Shown here: positions 1-9,318 of the stretch, piece by piece
Numbering within the stretch: position 1 is the first letter of the stretch
Layout of the letters: the number at the start of each line of letters is the position of its first letter
IMG/VR virus record: IMGVR_UViG_3300037206_000024
Span: 1 to 57,451 of that record
Strand: one strand, 5' to 3'
Length of the DNA stretch: 57,451 nucleotides
From: a virus
Taxonomy: Duplodnaviria; Caudoviricetes
Position numbers and translations under genes: made by a program
The notes under the pieces: generated by a model
Databases searched by the model: none
The model's input: the letters and a program-made list of their open reading frames with translations, nothing else
What the model was told of the DNA's origin: nothing

Positions 1-310
1 CACCCTAGTGCTAAATTGTGTACTCACGTACGCTCACAGCCTCGCCATCTACGAACTATCGCCAGAGTGCAGAAGAGATGCATAGCAAGGGAGGTCTGTC
101 CATACCTGAGGGTTAGGGTCAATCACGCTCCCCAGCCGTTCCTAGCGCACCTAATCAGCAGGACGGTAATGTGTGTCAATCCTGACACGGAAAGCTAAGG
201 CAAGCCTAGGTTTATGTGTAATTCTTACCTGTGTCAATCCATACACACTTGGATGGCCTCGGGTTTTCCTAAGGTTATCCCTAATGATTAGTTATAGATA
301 GACACCTTCT

Positions 311-500
311 TAACCTTGGGGTTTCCCTTGGGGTTAACCTTGGGTTTCCCCCAGCATCTCCTCAGTATCCCTAGCGGACGCTCGGGAAACCCCTAGGAAA
401 CCCTCAGCTAACCCCAAGGTTAACCCATAGCTAAACCCTTGATAACAAAGGGAAACCCTTAGCTAACCCCTAGACTAACCTAGGGAAACCCTCGGGGTCT
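311..500. repeat. Degenerate ~11-bp tandem array of CCTAGG/CCTTGG/CCTCAG-type near-palindromes (consensus ~AACCCTAGGGW)
   Basis: Cores at 314, 326, 338, 360, 370, 380, 392, 402, 414, 425, 437, 446, 457, 469, 479, 490; spacing mostly 10-12 bp; non-coding region. Confidence 0.8.
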
Positions 501-830
501 GCCCTCTGCCCTTCCCCTACTGGTGTCACACAGGGTTCAGGCCGATTCAAGCGTACGTGGTGCGTATGTACCACTATGCAATCCCACCACCAAACTTTGG
601 GTCGATCAGGTTTCCCACTTGGCCCTTGACCTAGGGGTTCCCTAGGGGTTCCTCTTGGGGAATCCTCGGGTGGGATATACACCCCCGAACACCACCCTTG
701 TGTCGCGCTGCGGGGCACATGTACTGTACTCTGTTCTCGGACCCACGGAAAAACCCTAGGTAAAATTTACACGCGCGCACGGGTGGAACCCTAGGGAGAT
801 CCCTAGATAAAATTTAAACGGTTACCCCTA

Positions 831-860
831 TTGACTTCCTAGCGTAACCCGTGATACAAT
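831..860 (+). promoter_or_regulatory. sigma70-like promoter
   Basis: TTGACT-18 bp-TACAAT with extended -10 TG, just upstream of GAGGTG RBS and ATG 877. Confidence 0.65.
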
Positions 861-876
861 GATGTTGAGGTGAAAA

Positions 877-1236
877 ATGCCCTACAAGAACCCGGAAGAC
901 TTCCGAGAGTGGAAGAAGAGAAATCCCGAGACGCGCGAGGCGCGTGCTGCCCAAAACCGCAGGAGTTACCTGAGGAACGCCGGGTGGACCTTAGAAACAT
1001 TCACAGCAGCTTCAGTCAGCCAAGCAGGCCTTTGCGCTATTTGCGGTCTAACCACAGACCCCAAGAATCCCCTAGTTGGACATGGGGGCTTGATGCCAGA
1101 TCACAGGCATGTGGTCCCGCCCGCTCCCCGTGCTCTACTCTGCTCCCGATGCAATACAGCTATCGGCCTGCTGCGAGAAAACCCCGAGATTTGCCGAGCA
1201 GCCGCCGAGTACCTCGAAGCGTGGTCAGGTGTGTAA
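877..1236 (+). CDS. Endonuclease VII-family (His-Me) free-standing homing endonuclease
   Basis: CAIC...DHRH...PRALLCSRCNTAIG...AAEYL motif; GAGGTG RBS. Confidence 0.8.
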   Translation: MPYKNPEDFREWKKRNPETREARAAQNRRSYLRNAGWTLETFTAASVSQAGLCAICGLTTDPKNPLVGHGGLMPDHRHVVPPAPRALLCSRCNTAIGLLRENPEICRAAAEYLEAWSGV

Positions 1237-1722
1237 AATTTACTCTAGGGAAACCCCCGGCACCCGCCAAGGCCGAAGGGGTACCCCGCTTTCTGGTAGA
1301 GGTGGTGGCAGAAAAATTTTCCGTCCCGTGCGTAGGGGAACCCCTTGACTTCCCCCGGCCTGACGTGGTACACTACTTAGGATGCTGAGGGATGAGGGAG
1401 GAGGGGACGAGCTGAATCCCCGGGTGTACTCAGCAGCCCTCGTCGGGTGCCGAGGGTTGAACGAACACAAAGGTTGAGAGGTGTAACACTGGTGCGATGC
1501 GGTAGCCAGCTCTCAACGCCTGACAAACTATGCCGCGCTGCGCGTCAGTTAACCCTCGGCACTTAGAGTAGAGCGGACTACTACGGAGACCCCAGAATAA
1601 GTCCGCGAGCAGACACAACAAACGCTTTGGATTGGTGGTGCCTGTCAGTATGGCTCAGCGGCCTGTGAAGCCGTCTTCTCGCTGGTGCAACTCCAGCCCT
1701 TTCCTCCAAGTTTCAAATAAGT

Positions 1723-1782
1723 AAAAAAAAAAATAGCCCTCAAGAGCACCCTAAGCGATCTAGGATGCCCTTGAGGGCTTTT
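1723..1782 (-). terminator. Intrinsic terminator of the leftward operon (possibly bidirectional)
   Basis: AGCCCTCAAG...CTTGAGGGCT stem flanked by an A11 run on the left and a T run on the right. Confidence 0.7.
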
Positions 1783-1854
1783 GTTGTTTAGCGATAGCGT
1801 TCGTTGATGATCAGCACTACCATTATCAGTAGGCACAATAGGGTTCCATATACA

Positions 1855-2238
1855 TCAGGCTCCGCATACTCCTTTGTCGCCTGAGAGACTCCACCCCTCA
1901 TCGTCAGTCCCAAGCTTAGACCTGAGACAGTACTCCGTAATCCACACCTGTGGCTCATCTGGTTTGGGTTTAATCCCTTGCTCTTTGAGGTAGGTAGCAT
2001 TAGTGTCGAGGACTTCTCGGATCTTCACAGCTGCGTGTGTGTAGCTGGAGGCTTTACCGGCGAAGTAATAGCTCCCTCCCAAATCTGCACGACTACGGGC
2101 TTCCTTCGCTCGCGTTTCGAAATACTTAGCTAGTTCTTCTAAACGTACCTCCAGTTCTGCAGTGCAGGGCGTGTTGCATTCCGGCACTTGGAAGGTCAGG
2201 GGCTTTCCTTCTTTCAGTAGGTCATACCTTGTTCTCAT
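1855..2238 (-). CDS. Hypothetical protein
   Basis: 127-aa ORF with AAGGAG RBS, overlapping the upstream gene in the leftward operon. Confidence 0.65.
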   Translation of the reverse strand: MRTRYDLLKEGKPLTFQVPECNTPCTAELEVRLEELAKYFETRAKEARSRADLGGSYYFAGKASSYTHAAVKIREVLDTNATYLKEQGIKPKPDEPQVWITEYCLRSKLGTDDEGWSLSGDKGVCGA

Positions 2239-2449
2239 CTGAGTCTCCTTGGGGTAACCCTAGTCTTCCAAGCACTGCTTGGGCTTCGTTCACTTCTCTG
2301 TCACACTCAGGACATTCTCCTGTTTCTTGGTCTATGACTACGGTTTTCCCTAGGCTTAACCCTTGGGGTTCACTCTGCCTGATGTAGTGACCTCGGGTGC
2401 AGTAGATCATGTAGCCTTCCTTGAGACTACTGAGATAGCCGGGCTTCAT
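2222..2449 (-). CDS. Small hypothetical protein, possible Zn ribbon
   Basis: YCTRGH...CPEC; overlaps neighbouring genes. Confidence 0.55.
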   Translation of the reverse strand: MKPGYLSSLKEGYMIYCTRGHYIRQSEPQGLSLGKTVVIDQETGECPECDREVNEAQAVLGRLGLPQGDSDENKV

Positions 2450-2972
2450 CTTCTGCCTCCAATTCTTTTCTCTGGCTTACAGGGTCGAGTGCCCAGAAGT
2501 CTTCCCCAGTTCTCTCGAAGTAGGCCGATGCCGTGTCATGGACGAGCAGCAAGTCTCTGTTAAGTTTTGTCTCTTCTTGGTCCAGTGCTTGGTTGCACAA
2601 TTCATCCACAAGTTCATTTCCTCGGTTTCCTGAGTGCCCGCGCACCCATGATAGTACATGCTCGCCTCGGGTAAGCAAGGCGTATGCTAGGTCTCGGAGA
2701 GGTCGTAGCTCTTCATGCTTGATCTTCCAAATTCCTAATGTAGTGTTGATGACCAGCATGCTATCGCAGTTGATCACCAAGTTCATGATCTTGTTTTTCT
2801 CGGCCCACATGAGGCAGTCAATCAAGCCGTGGAATTCCGCTTGGTTATTCGTCCTCGCATTCTCTATGAACCTAGCTGCACTGTGAGTAAGGTGATCACC
2901 ATCGAATACTGCGAAGGCACAGGCGCATTTATCACCGGAGCGGCGGGCTCCATCCGTATATGCTACGGTCAT
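2427..2972 (-). CDS. rnhA: Ribonuclease HI
   Basis: YTDGA, TNNQAEF, CDS, WVRGHSGNRGNELVD catalytic motifs. Confidence 0.92.
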   Translation of the reverse strand: MTVAYTDGARRSGDKCACAFAVFDGDHLTHSAARFIENARTNNQAEFHGLIDCLMWAEKNKIMNLVINCDSMLVINTTLGIWKIKHEELRPLRDLAYALLTRGEHVLSWVRGHSGNRGNELVDELCNQALDQEETKLNRDLLLVHDTASAYFERTGEDFWALDPVSQRKELEAEDEARLSQ

Positions 2973-3427
2973 GAAGTCACCTTGGCTAGCACAATATCAG
3001 AGCTTCCAAATCCTTTGAAACCCCTAGATTGTCTAGGCAACTCCTCAACCTCCTCAATCATACCCGTTAGGACTTCCACAGGAATAATCTGAGCGATCTT
3101 CTCACCTGCTCTGATATCAATGATAGCAGTGCTGACATTTCTGAACATTATTATGATCTCCCCCGTATAGCTGGAGTCAATCACTCCACCCACCGTGAAG
3201 AGACCAGCAGCAGCCATGGAACTACGATCCTTAACTATCAGACCGTAGTTTCCATAGTGTTTGTTCAGTCTCGTGAACTGGGCTGAGATACCTGTGCGTA
3301 CCTTAGTCACTGCGTGGGGATTTATCTCCTGCTCTTCTATGGAGTAGATATCGAAACCTAGGTCTTCCCCAACGTGGCCTACTGTTGGTGCCTTGGCCCG
3401 CTGGTCGAGCTTCTTATACTGTAGCAT
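2969..3427 (-). CDS. dut: Trimeric dUTPase
   Basis: GFDI, RSSMA, GVIDSSYTGEI, KIAQ, RGFKGFGSS motifs. Confidence 0.95.
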   Translation of the reverse strand: MLQYKKLDQRAKAPTVGHVGEDLGFDIYSIEEQEINPHAVTKVRTGISAQFTRLNKHYGNYGLIVKDRSSMAAAGLFTVGGVIDSSYTGEIIIMFRNVSTAIIDIRAGEKIAQIIPVEVLTGMIEEVEELPRQSRGFKGFGSSDIVLAKVTS

Positions 3428-6019
3428 TTATCCTCCGCATGTGCCGCCCTTTCCGCTAATTTCACAAATGTCCTGCTGCTCTACAAAGACTTCACCTACG
3501 TGTTTCACCGCTGTCGCCCATTTTATAGGTGTGAGAGGTTGTCCTGAGCGCGCGCCGTCCGGGTAGGTAGTCAATCCCCTGAGTTGTGGAAGGTACTTGA
3601 TGAATGTCTTACCAAACTTCTGCACGGTATCTGAGTTGTTGGCTTCCGTCCCCCACTGAGGCAAATTAATGGTACTTGATATAGCATGATCTACGTACTT
3701 CTGAACATGAGCTTGAAATGACAGCCTACGCTCAACGTCCTCAGCTAACACATAAGCGTCTTCAATGTTCTCTGGGTTAACTCCATTCTTCTCGATCAAT
3801 CGCTTAGCTGTGGGGTCCAAAACATACTGGTAATTCCACACGTTTCCTTTGATGTACCTACGTTTGAATGCAGCGCAGAACAAGGGTTCAATACCAGTTG
3901 AAGTTTCCCCGAGAATTCCTATGCTTCCCGTAGGGGCTATAGCTCGGGTTTTTACGGGGCAGGATAAGTCCCATTTCTTCGCGTATTGCTCAGCGTACTT
4001 AGTACTGTCTGAGTATAGTTCAAGATACTTATCTAAGTCAGTATCTGGACCATACCTCTTCCCGTTGATTAGTAACCATTCGTGAATGCCCATGAGACCT
4101 AAGCCAAGCCTACGATTCTTGGTTCTTACTGTGTCTACCTTGGAGTAAGGTACATCTGAGTACACAGTCCCTGCGAGTAGGAATGCTGTGGCACATTCTA
4201 CTACAGCCTTCATTTCTGTGATATCGGATATTCTAGCAAGGTTGATAGATCCTAAGTTACAAACATCTGAGTCATCTTCGCTAGTTAATTCTGTGCAATT
4301 AGAAATAATTACTCCTTCCGCCATAAATGAGTGCTCTGGCAGATTTACATCACAGCAGAATACATCTTCAAACCCAGCGTCCTCCACAGATACAACTTTT
4401 ATTGCCGCAGCTCTGTAGGATGTACAAGCTTTTATTTGTAATCTGCTGGTAGGGATGATATTAGAAAACCTAGTAACATAGGCAGTTTGCACAGTGAGCA
4501 TGTATCCTTGAGAGTTCCCGTATGTAGAAATACCAGCAGTTGATATTCCTGAAAGTATACCCAGCTGTTCTAGTAGCCTGCGCACACCTACGAGAAACTC
4601 ATAGTGCTTGGAGGCCAACCTTACTCTGTTCTGTGCTTCAAAATAATTACCGTCCGCATCGAATAGTCCCGCAACAAAGCTTTCTTGAAAATCCCTGTCA
4701 CAAGAGTAAACATCATGTGGAAATACGGCTTTATCACGATTCAAAAACAAACCATCGTTTCGAGTATATGCTCTAATGTAGCCACGACCGTCTTGCCGAT
4801 TTACAGAAGTAAACAAATCTGTAGGAAATCCCCCTACACATGCTTTTGATTCTTCTGTGCAAAATGTAACTTCTGCCCGTGGATACTTTTTATTAAAAGT
4901 ACCATCTCCATAAATATAGCCAAGAGCATACCCCCGACCATCGAATTTTCCTTTAGATTCGTTAGCCCACATTTTTACTTCAAGAGGAGAGCCAACACAC
5001 AACTCTCCAGCGGCCACCTTAACTCCTGTACTTAAAATAAATTCATGAGAAGGATCGCATACTATTTCTCTTCCACCTGTCATCTTTACACGTACAACGG
5101 GTACACTATCTCCTGTCTTTTTAAACATGACATTTTCAGCCCAATTTTTACCTGTCCAAACTGTTACTAGCTCTAATACTATATCACCTACACGTTGGTA
5201 GCCTTCGTTAGTGTAAACATAAGTATTAGCAGAAACAGGGGCGTTCCTTAGTGTTTCCTTTCTGTTTTTTCCTGTGTCGATGCTGAACCCGGGCTCCCCC
5301 GTCTTGAGCATACGCTCCATGACTGTCCAATAAACCGCACTCGCATGGGAGTTGTGAACATGTTTCTCGTCATGATATGCCTCGAAGAATTCATCGTCAA
5401 GTTGCACGCTGATGTTAGTCATGTCCAGTGTGGCAGGAAAGTTGAAGTCCTTGGCCTTCATGCTGCGTACTTCTGGTGTCCAGTTCTTCATTGTGATAAA
5501 CTTCATTACGTCTGGGTGTCGCCACGACAAGCCTGCCCACAGTGCGGACCTGCGGCTTCCTCCCTGCATTACTGCTCGCCCCAGCTCATTCGTAGCTTGC
5601 ATCAGGCTCAGCGGCCCGGTAGCGAAGCCGCCTGTCTTGCGTATGAGTTTGCCTTCAGAGCGAATATGGCTGTAGTCAGTTCCGATTCCGGCCCCTGTCA
5701 TCAACCCCATGGCATGCTTGTGCATGTGGTCTGCCCACCCTTCGCGACTGTCTTCTGCACGAAACATGAGGCAGTTGTTAACTTGATGCAAGGGGCGTCC
5801 CGAGGCATATAAATATCTTCCACCGGGGATAAATTTGCGTTCTATGATGTATTGCTTGGTTTGCTCGATGAGGGACTTAGGTGCGCCCACAGATTTCAGC
5901 ACAGTTCGGCTGACGCGTTCTGCTACTTCCTCCCATGTTTCTTTGCTTCCGTCTTTACGCTCGTGGGAATATTTCTGGAGCAGAATCGCTTCAGCGAAAC
6001 TGCTCATACTGCTCTTCAT
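3428..6019 (-). CDS. nrdJ: Class II (AdoCbl-dependent) ribonucleotide reductase containing an intein
   Basis: PGGRYL, NNC, GGSRRSA, GEPG, NA|CTE, VCNLGSINL, RRLGLG, APTG motifs and C-terminal Cys pair; no small-subunit gene nearby; 549 aa after intein removal. Confidence 0.85.
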   Translation of the reverse strand: MKSSMSSFAEAILLQKYSHERKDGSKETWEEVAERVSRTVLKSVGAPKSLIEQTKQYIIERKFIPGGRYLYASGRPLHQVNNCLMFRAEDSREGWADHMHKHAMGLMTGAGIGTDYSHIRSEGKLIRKTGGFATGPLSLMQATNELGRAVMQGGSRRSALWAGLSWRHPDVMKFITMKNWTPEVRSMKAKDFNFPATLDMTNISVQLDDEFFEAYHDEKHVHNSHASAVYWTVMERMLKTGEPGFSIDTGKNRKETLRNAPVSANTYVYTNEGYQRVGDIVLELVTVWTGKNWAENVMFKKTGDSVPVVRVKMTGGREIVCDPSHEFILSTGVKVAAGELCVGSPLEVKMWANESKGKFDGRGYALGYIYGDGTFNKKYPRAEVTFCTEESKACVGGFPTDLFTSVNRQDGRGYIRAYTRNDGLFLNRDKAVFPHDVYSCDRDFQESFVAGLFDADGNYFEAQNRVRLASKHYEFLVGVRRLLEQLGILSGISTAGISTYGNSQGYMLTVQTAYVTRFSNIIPTSRLQIKACTSYRAAAIKVVSVEDAGFEDVFCCDVNLPEHSFMAEGVIISNCTELTSEDDSDVCNLGSINLARISDITEMKAVVECATAFLLAGTVYSDVPYSKVDTVRTKNRRLGLGLMGIHEWLLINGKRYGPDTDLDKYLELYSDSTKYAEQYAKKWDLSCPVKTRAIAPTGSIGILGETSTGIEPLFCAAFKRRYIKGNVWNYQYVLDPTAKRLIEKNGVNPENIEDAYVLAEDVERRLSFQAHVQKYVDHAISSTINLPQWGTEANNSDTVQKFGKTFIKYLPQLRGLTTYPDGARSGQPLTPIKWATAVKHVGEVFVEQQDICEISGKGGTCGG
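4298..5239 (-). mobile_element. Intein with LAGLIDADG endonuclease (314 aa), N-terminal Pro
   Basis: Inserted between TLRNA and catalytic CTE; ends HSFMAEGVIISN|C; LGYIYGDG and AGLFDADG motifs; visibly more AT-rich than the exteins. Confidence 0.88.
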
Positions 6020-6237
6020 TGGATTTCTCTTTCTTGTTCGTTGTGTATGAAGTCTTGTTCAAGCACAAATGTGCTGTGTTTAGCTGGGCAGATAAATCTG
6101 AAAAATTGTGGCCTAGTCTGAACCGCAGCACGGTATGCTTGGGCGTTACACCAAGCACAGTTGAGATATGGCGTAATATCCTTGGTGTTCATGTAGTCTC
6201 CTTTACTTCTGCCAGTGGTCTGATATGTGGTACTCAC
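6016..6237 (-). CDS. Small Cys/His-containing hypothetical protein
   Basis: CAWC...CPAKH; couples polA and nrdJ; true start may be the second Met. Confidence 0.5.
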   Translation of the reverse strand: MSTTYQTTGRSKGDYMNTKDITPYLNCAWCNAQAYRAAVQTRPQFFRFICPAKHSTFVLEQDFIHNEQEREIQ

Positions 6238-8665
6238 TCGTCATTTTTACCTTTGAAATAACCTCAGCTCCAGCCCTGAGAAATGCATCAGACACAAGCT
6301 CGGCTACTTCCTTGCTGTGTCTCTTAGGGCTCAAAATTTGAAGCTCATCGTGGACCATGCTGAGCAGCTTGGCATTGTACTGAGGAAGAACGTGCCAGAG
6401 GTATGGTTTACCAGAAGCATCTGCGCCAGCTCCCATCGCGCGTTTAACAAGCGAAGCGTTGGTCCCTTGCACCCCATGATTCTTGCCTCTGCGTCCGATG
6501 CTTCCCCACAGGCCACGCATAGCTGACTTGACCTCTGCTTCGGATGGTTCCCTGTGTGTTAGTTTGTATTTTTCATCAACTGTGGGGTCTTTAAGGTACG
6601 CTGCTTTGAAGTTGAAAATGTTTTTCTCTTGTGCTTCTTCACTGAGTTCCAATCTATCCGCGTGTTCGTCCTTGTAATATTCTTTTGCTGTCTCCCATGT
6701 CGGAGCGGGCAGCAAACGTCGTCTTCCGTACATGTCTCGTGCTTCATTTAGACGCTGCGCTTGTTCTCCTGCCTCCTTAAGGTATTTCCACACGAATGGG
6801 AAAGCCTTCTCGTGCTGACGCATGAGTTCTTTTGCTGCGTCTACAGTGATGCCAAGTTCATCAGCTAAGGCATCAGGGCCCCCGCCATAACAAAGCAAAA
6901 AGTTAATCGCCTTGGTATTTTTACGCAGCTTCTTATGCTCTTTACATTCACATTTCTGTCTCTCAGGTTTACCCTCTGCATCTAGCTTGAAGTAAGCGCA
7001 GCCGTCCTCAGTGCCCGCTTTCCATTTTTCAGACTCTAAAATCTCGGTTGAAACCGAGTGGACATCTTGGTTGCTGTTAAAAGCCTTAATCCACGACGGC
7101 TCATTTGAAAGCTCTGCGATGATACGCAACTCACAACCTTCAAGATCAATTGTGATTATATCATAACCTTCTGGAGAAAGATAGTCTGGAGGATTAGTGA
7201 CAAAGCATTCTCTGACATCATCTTCAGCAGGTAAATTTTGTGCGTTAGGCTTAGACGAGCTTGTCCTCCCAGTTTCCGCTTCGAGTTGTGAATACACACA
7301 ATGTAACCTGCCATCCCACGGATGTAAAAACCCTTCTTCCTTGCACGCCTTGGTGACCCAAGTCTGCGTCCATTGAAGTCCGTATGTAGAGATAGTTTTC
7401 CCATCTTTCCTGAAGTTTCGTAAAAGATGAATCAAGGGACGATCATTGAACTTCAGGAGATGCTCGTCGGCAACACTCTCTAGGCTCTTCAGCCCTTTTA
7501 TTTGCTTGAGAGCAGAAAGCAACTGTTCGTGAGAGTCGTAATTTAGAAATGCCTCACCTGCACACTTCGGCAATGCAGCTTTCACTCTGGTATTTTGCTT
7601 GCTTAGTTCGGAGTATGCCTTGCGTGCATCGGCCTTCTTGGCCAACCGCGCATCCTTCAACATTTTTAATTGTGCACGTAGTTCGGCCTTCTTGGCATTG
7701 TCGCGTGTGCTGCGTATCTCGTCAGCTTTTGTAGCTTCCTCTGGGGTGAGCAGTTCAAACCCCTTGCGCCAGTTGTCTTCACGGCGGGCGAGTTCCTCAA
7801 AGTCTATCTGCTCAGTTTTCCTGCCCACAACGGGCACAAAGGTCTCGTCCAAAATCTTAAATGCGGCGTTACGACGTTCTGTCACTGCATCTATGCGCTT
7901 CTTCCAGCGCTCACAGTCAATTCTCTGCCCCGTAAGATGCATGTCTTGGAAGCTGCCTATGGCGTCGTTCTCAATTTGTACTGTGGTGAGTAGTTGGTCT
8001 GTTGTCAGCTCACGAAGTTGATGCTCGCGCATTGACAACGGCATTCTGGTGTCAAACGCTGCGTAGGCAATCATCTCGGTCGTCAGCGGCCCATCGAGCG
8101 TGAACTTGTCCTGTTGTTCTTTATCTACGAGCAGCCCAAATCTCCTCGCTACAATGGACGCCATGGAAAACTCAGTCATGCGCTTCAGGCTGATGTTACC
8201 TGCCTGAATGACTCTTTCAGCGAGATCCGTTGAGAAAACATGCCACATGCGCTGCCCGAAGTTCCACCAGAATACCATATACTCAAACGACAGGTTTTGT
8301 CCCACCTTTAGCACAGCGTTGCTGCAGATCGCTGGGGTGAGAATATCGAACACAGGTTTGTAGCAGGGATCGAGTGTGTAGAGACCTTGGGATTGACTCA
8401 AACGCTCGGGGGACCCTGCGAAGGGTAGGAGGTCGATCACGAACTGCTTGGCTTTGTCCCCAATTTGGATTGTACGTACTTTGCGAAAATAGAAATCGCC
8501 ACACCAGTTGGTCTCTGTATCAAGGCCCACCAGCCCTTTCGTTGCAAGTTTTTCTGCCACAAAACTTGACAATTCGGGCAACCCGGCATCGGGCGTCACT
8601 AACGTAATGTTCATTGGAGGGCTCAGCGTGCTGAGGTCCAGCGGCTTCAATGTTGATGTACCCAT
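6203..8665 (-). CDS. polA: DNA polymerase family A with 3'-5' exonuclease domain
   Basis: GLDTET (ExoI), YAAFD (ExoIII), TGRTSSSKPNAQN, motif A DLEGCELR, motif B KAINFLLCYG, motif C VHDE. Confidence 0.93.
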   Translation of the reverse strand: MGTSTLKPLDLSTLSPPMNITLVTPDAGLPELSSFVAEKLATKGLVGLDTETNWCGDFYFRKVRTIQIGDKAKQFVIDLLPFAGSPERLSQSQGLYTLDPCYKPVFDILTPAICSNAVLKVGQNLSFEYMVFWWNFGQRMWHVFSTDLAERVIQAGNISLKRMTEFSMASIVARRFGLLVDKEQQDKFTLDGPLTTEMIAYAAFDTRMPLSMREHQLRELTTDQLLTTVQIENDAIGSFQDMHLTGQRIDCERWKKRIDAVTERRNAAFKILDETFVPVVGRKTEQIDFEELARREDNWRKGFELLTPEEATKADEIRSTRDNAKKAELRAQLKMLKDARLAKKADARKAYSELSKQNTRVKAALPKCAGEAFLNYDSHEQLLSALKQIKGLKSLESVADEHLLKFNDRPLIHLLRNFRKDGKTISTYGLQWTQTWVTKACKEEGFLHPWDGRLHCVYSQLEAETGRTSSSKPNAQNLPAEDDVRECFVTNPPDYLSPEGYDIITIDLEGCELRIIAELSNEPSWIKAFNSNQDVHSVSTEILESEKWKAGTEDGCAYFKLDAEGKPERQKCECKEHKKLRKNTKAINFLLCYGGGPDALADELGITVDAAKELMRQHEKAFPFVWKYLKEAGEQAQRLNEARDMYGRRRLLPAPTWETAKEYYKDEHADRLELSEEAQEKNIFNFKAAYLKDPTVDEKYKLTHREPSEAEVKSAMRGLWGSIGRRGKNHGVQGTNASLVKRAMGAGADASGKPYLWHVLPQYNAKLLSMVHDELQILSPKRHSKEVAELVSDAFLRAGAEVISKVKMTSEYHISDHWQK

Positions 8666-8708
8666 TCTGAGTCCTTTCCTTATGCTCGCGCAGATGCAAC
8701 GGCATCAC

Positions 8709-8936
8709 TTAGTTTTTCCAAAACACGCGCATGCCCTTGCTGCGCAACGCGGCCATCTTCTTCTTGCACTCCAACAATTGAGCGTTGCCGAAGGCTACCT
8801 GCTGCTCAACTTTTAGGCGGGAGGCGCTATCTAACTGAAAACTCCCTACAGCGGACGCGATCCCGGCGCGCCATTTCTCCATTTCCTGCTGAATTTTCTG
8901 CCGTTCTCGGGAGACGGCATCTGGCGTCTTTCTCAT
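8709..8936 (-). CDS. Hypothetical coiled-coil protein
   Basis: 75-aa ORF, first gene of the leftward operon. Confidence 0.55.
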   Translation of the reverse strand: MRKTPDAVSRERQKIQQEMEKWRAGIASAVGSFQLDSASRLKVEQQVAFGNAQLLECKKKMAALRSKGMRVFWKN

Positions 8937-8986
8937 GAGGTTTGCCTCAGGTCTTTCCTTTCATACAGATACATGTCTGTTTGTCG

Positions 8987-9090
8987 GTAAGCTGTTGATT
9001 CCCTAGGGAAAACCCTTGTAAGTTGTTGATTCCCTTAGAAGTGGTGGTAAGTCCTTTGGAATCCTAGGCACTCTCCTAAGTACTTGATTC
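8987..9090. repeat. Four spaced direct repeats TAAG(T/C)N2-3TTG(A/G)(T/A)TC-like
   Basis: TAAG starts at 8988, 9019, 9048, 9077 (spacing 31/29/29) in the divergent intergenic region. Confidence 0.7.
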
Positions 9091-9136
9091 TTATAGGGTA
9101 TACTATATAGTACTCTCCCCCAAGAGGTACTAGAGT

Positions 9137-9165
9137 ATGGTACACCATGTTTCACCTGATGTCAA
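9137..9165 (-). promoter_or_regulatory. Leftward sigma70-like promoter
   Basis: Minus strand TTGACA-17 bp-TACCAT. Confidence 0.55.
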
Positions 9166-9218
9166 TAGGAAAAATTTACACGGTACCTGAGGGGGTGCAA
9201 ATTTACACTATTATTTAG

Positions 9219-9248
9219 TTGACAAAGTGCTTATGGGCATGATACAAT
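9219..9248 (+). promoter_or_regulatory. Rightward sigma70-like promoter
   Basis: TTGACA-18 bp-TACAAT with extended -10 TG. Confidence 0.7.
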
Positions 9249-9268
9249 TTTCATAGTGGAATTATTGT

Positions 9269-9318
9269 GTGGGTGGGACGCCTCATACGTCCTGCCCACC
9301 CCCTTATGAGGAGGGACC
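9269..9318 (+). ncRNA. RBS-overlapping pseudoknot element, copy A
   Basis: Stem GTGGGTGGGACG/CGTCCTGCCCAC; loop CCTCATA (9281-87) complementary to TATGAGG (9305-11) at the RBS. Confidence 0.7.

Noticed and set aside
311-500. CRISPR array
   Set aside because: Units are ~11 bp, degenerate and contiguous, with no unique spacers and no cas genes
16-718. ORFs 16-198 and 470-718
   Set aside because: No RBS or recognisable motifs; they run through the periodic repeat region and are probably spurious
870-1388. 172-aa ORF overlapping the EndoVII gene
   Set aside because: Alternative frame of 877-1236, which has the RBS and the family motifs
8987-9090. Mini-CRISPR array from the four spaced repeats
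   Set aside because: Repeats are ~14 bp and degenerate with ~15-bp gaps, too short for repeat-spacer units
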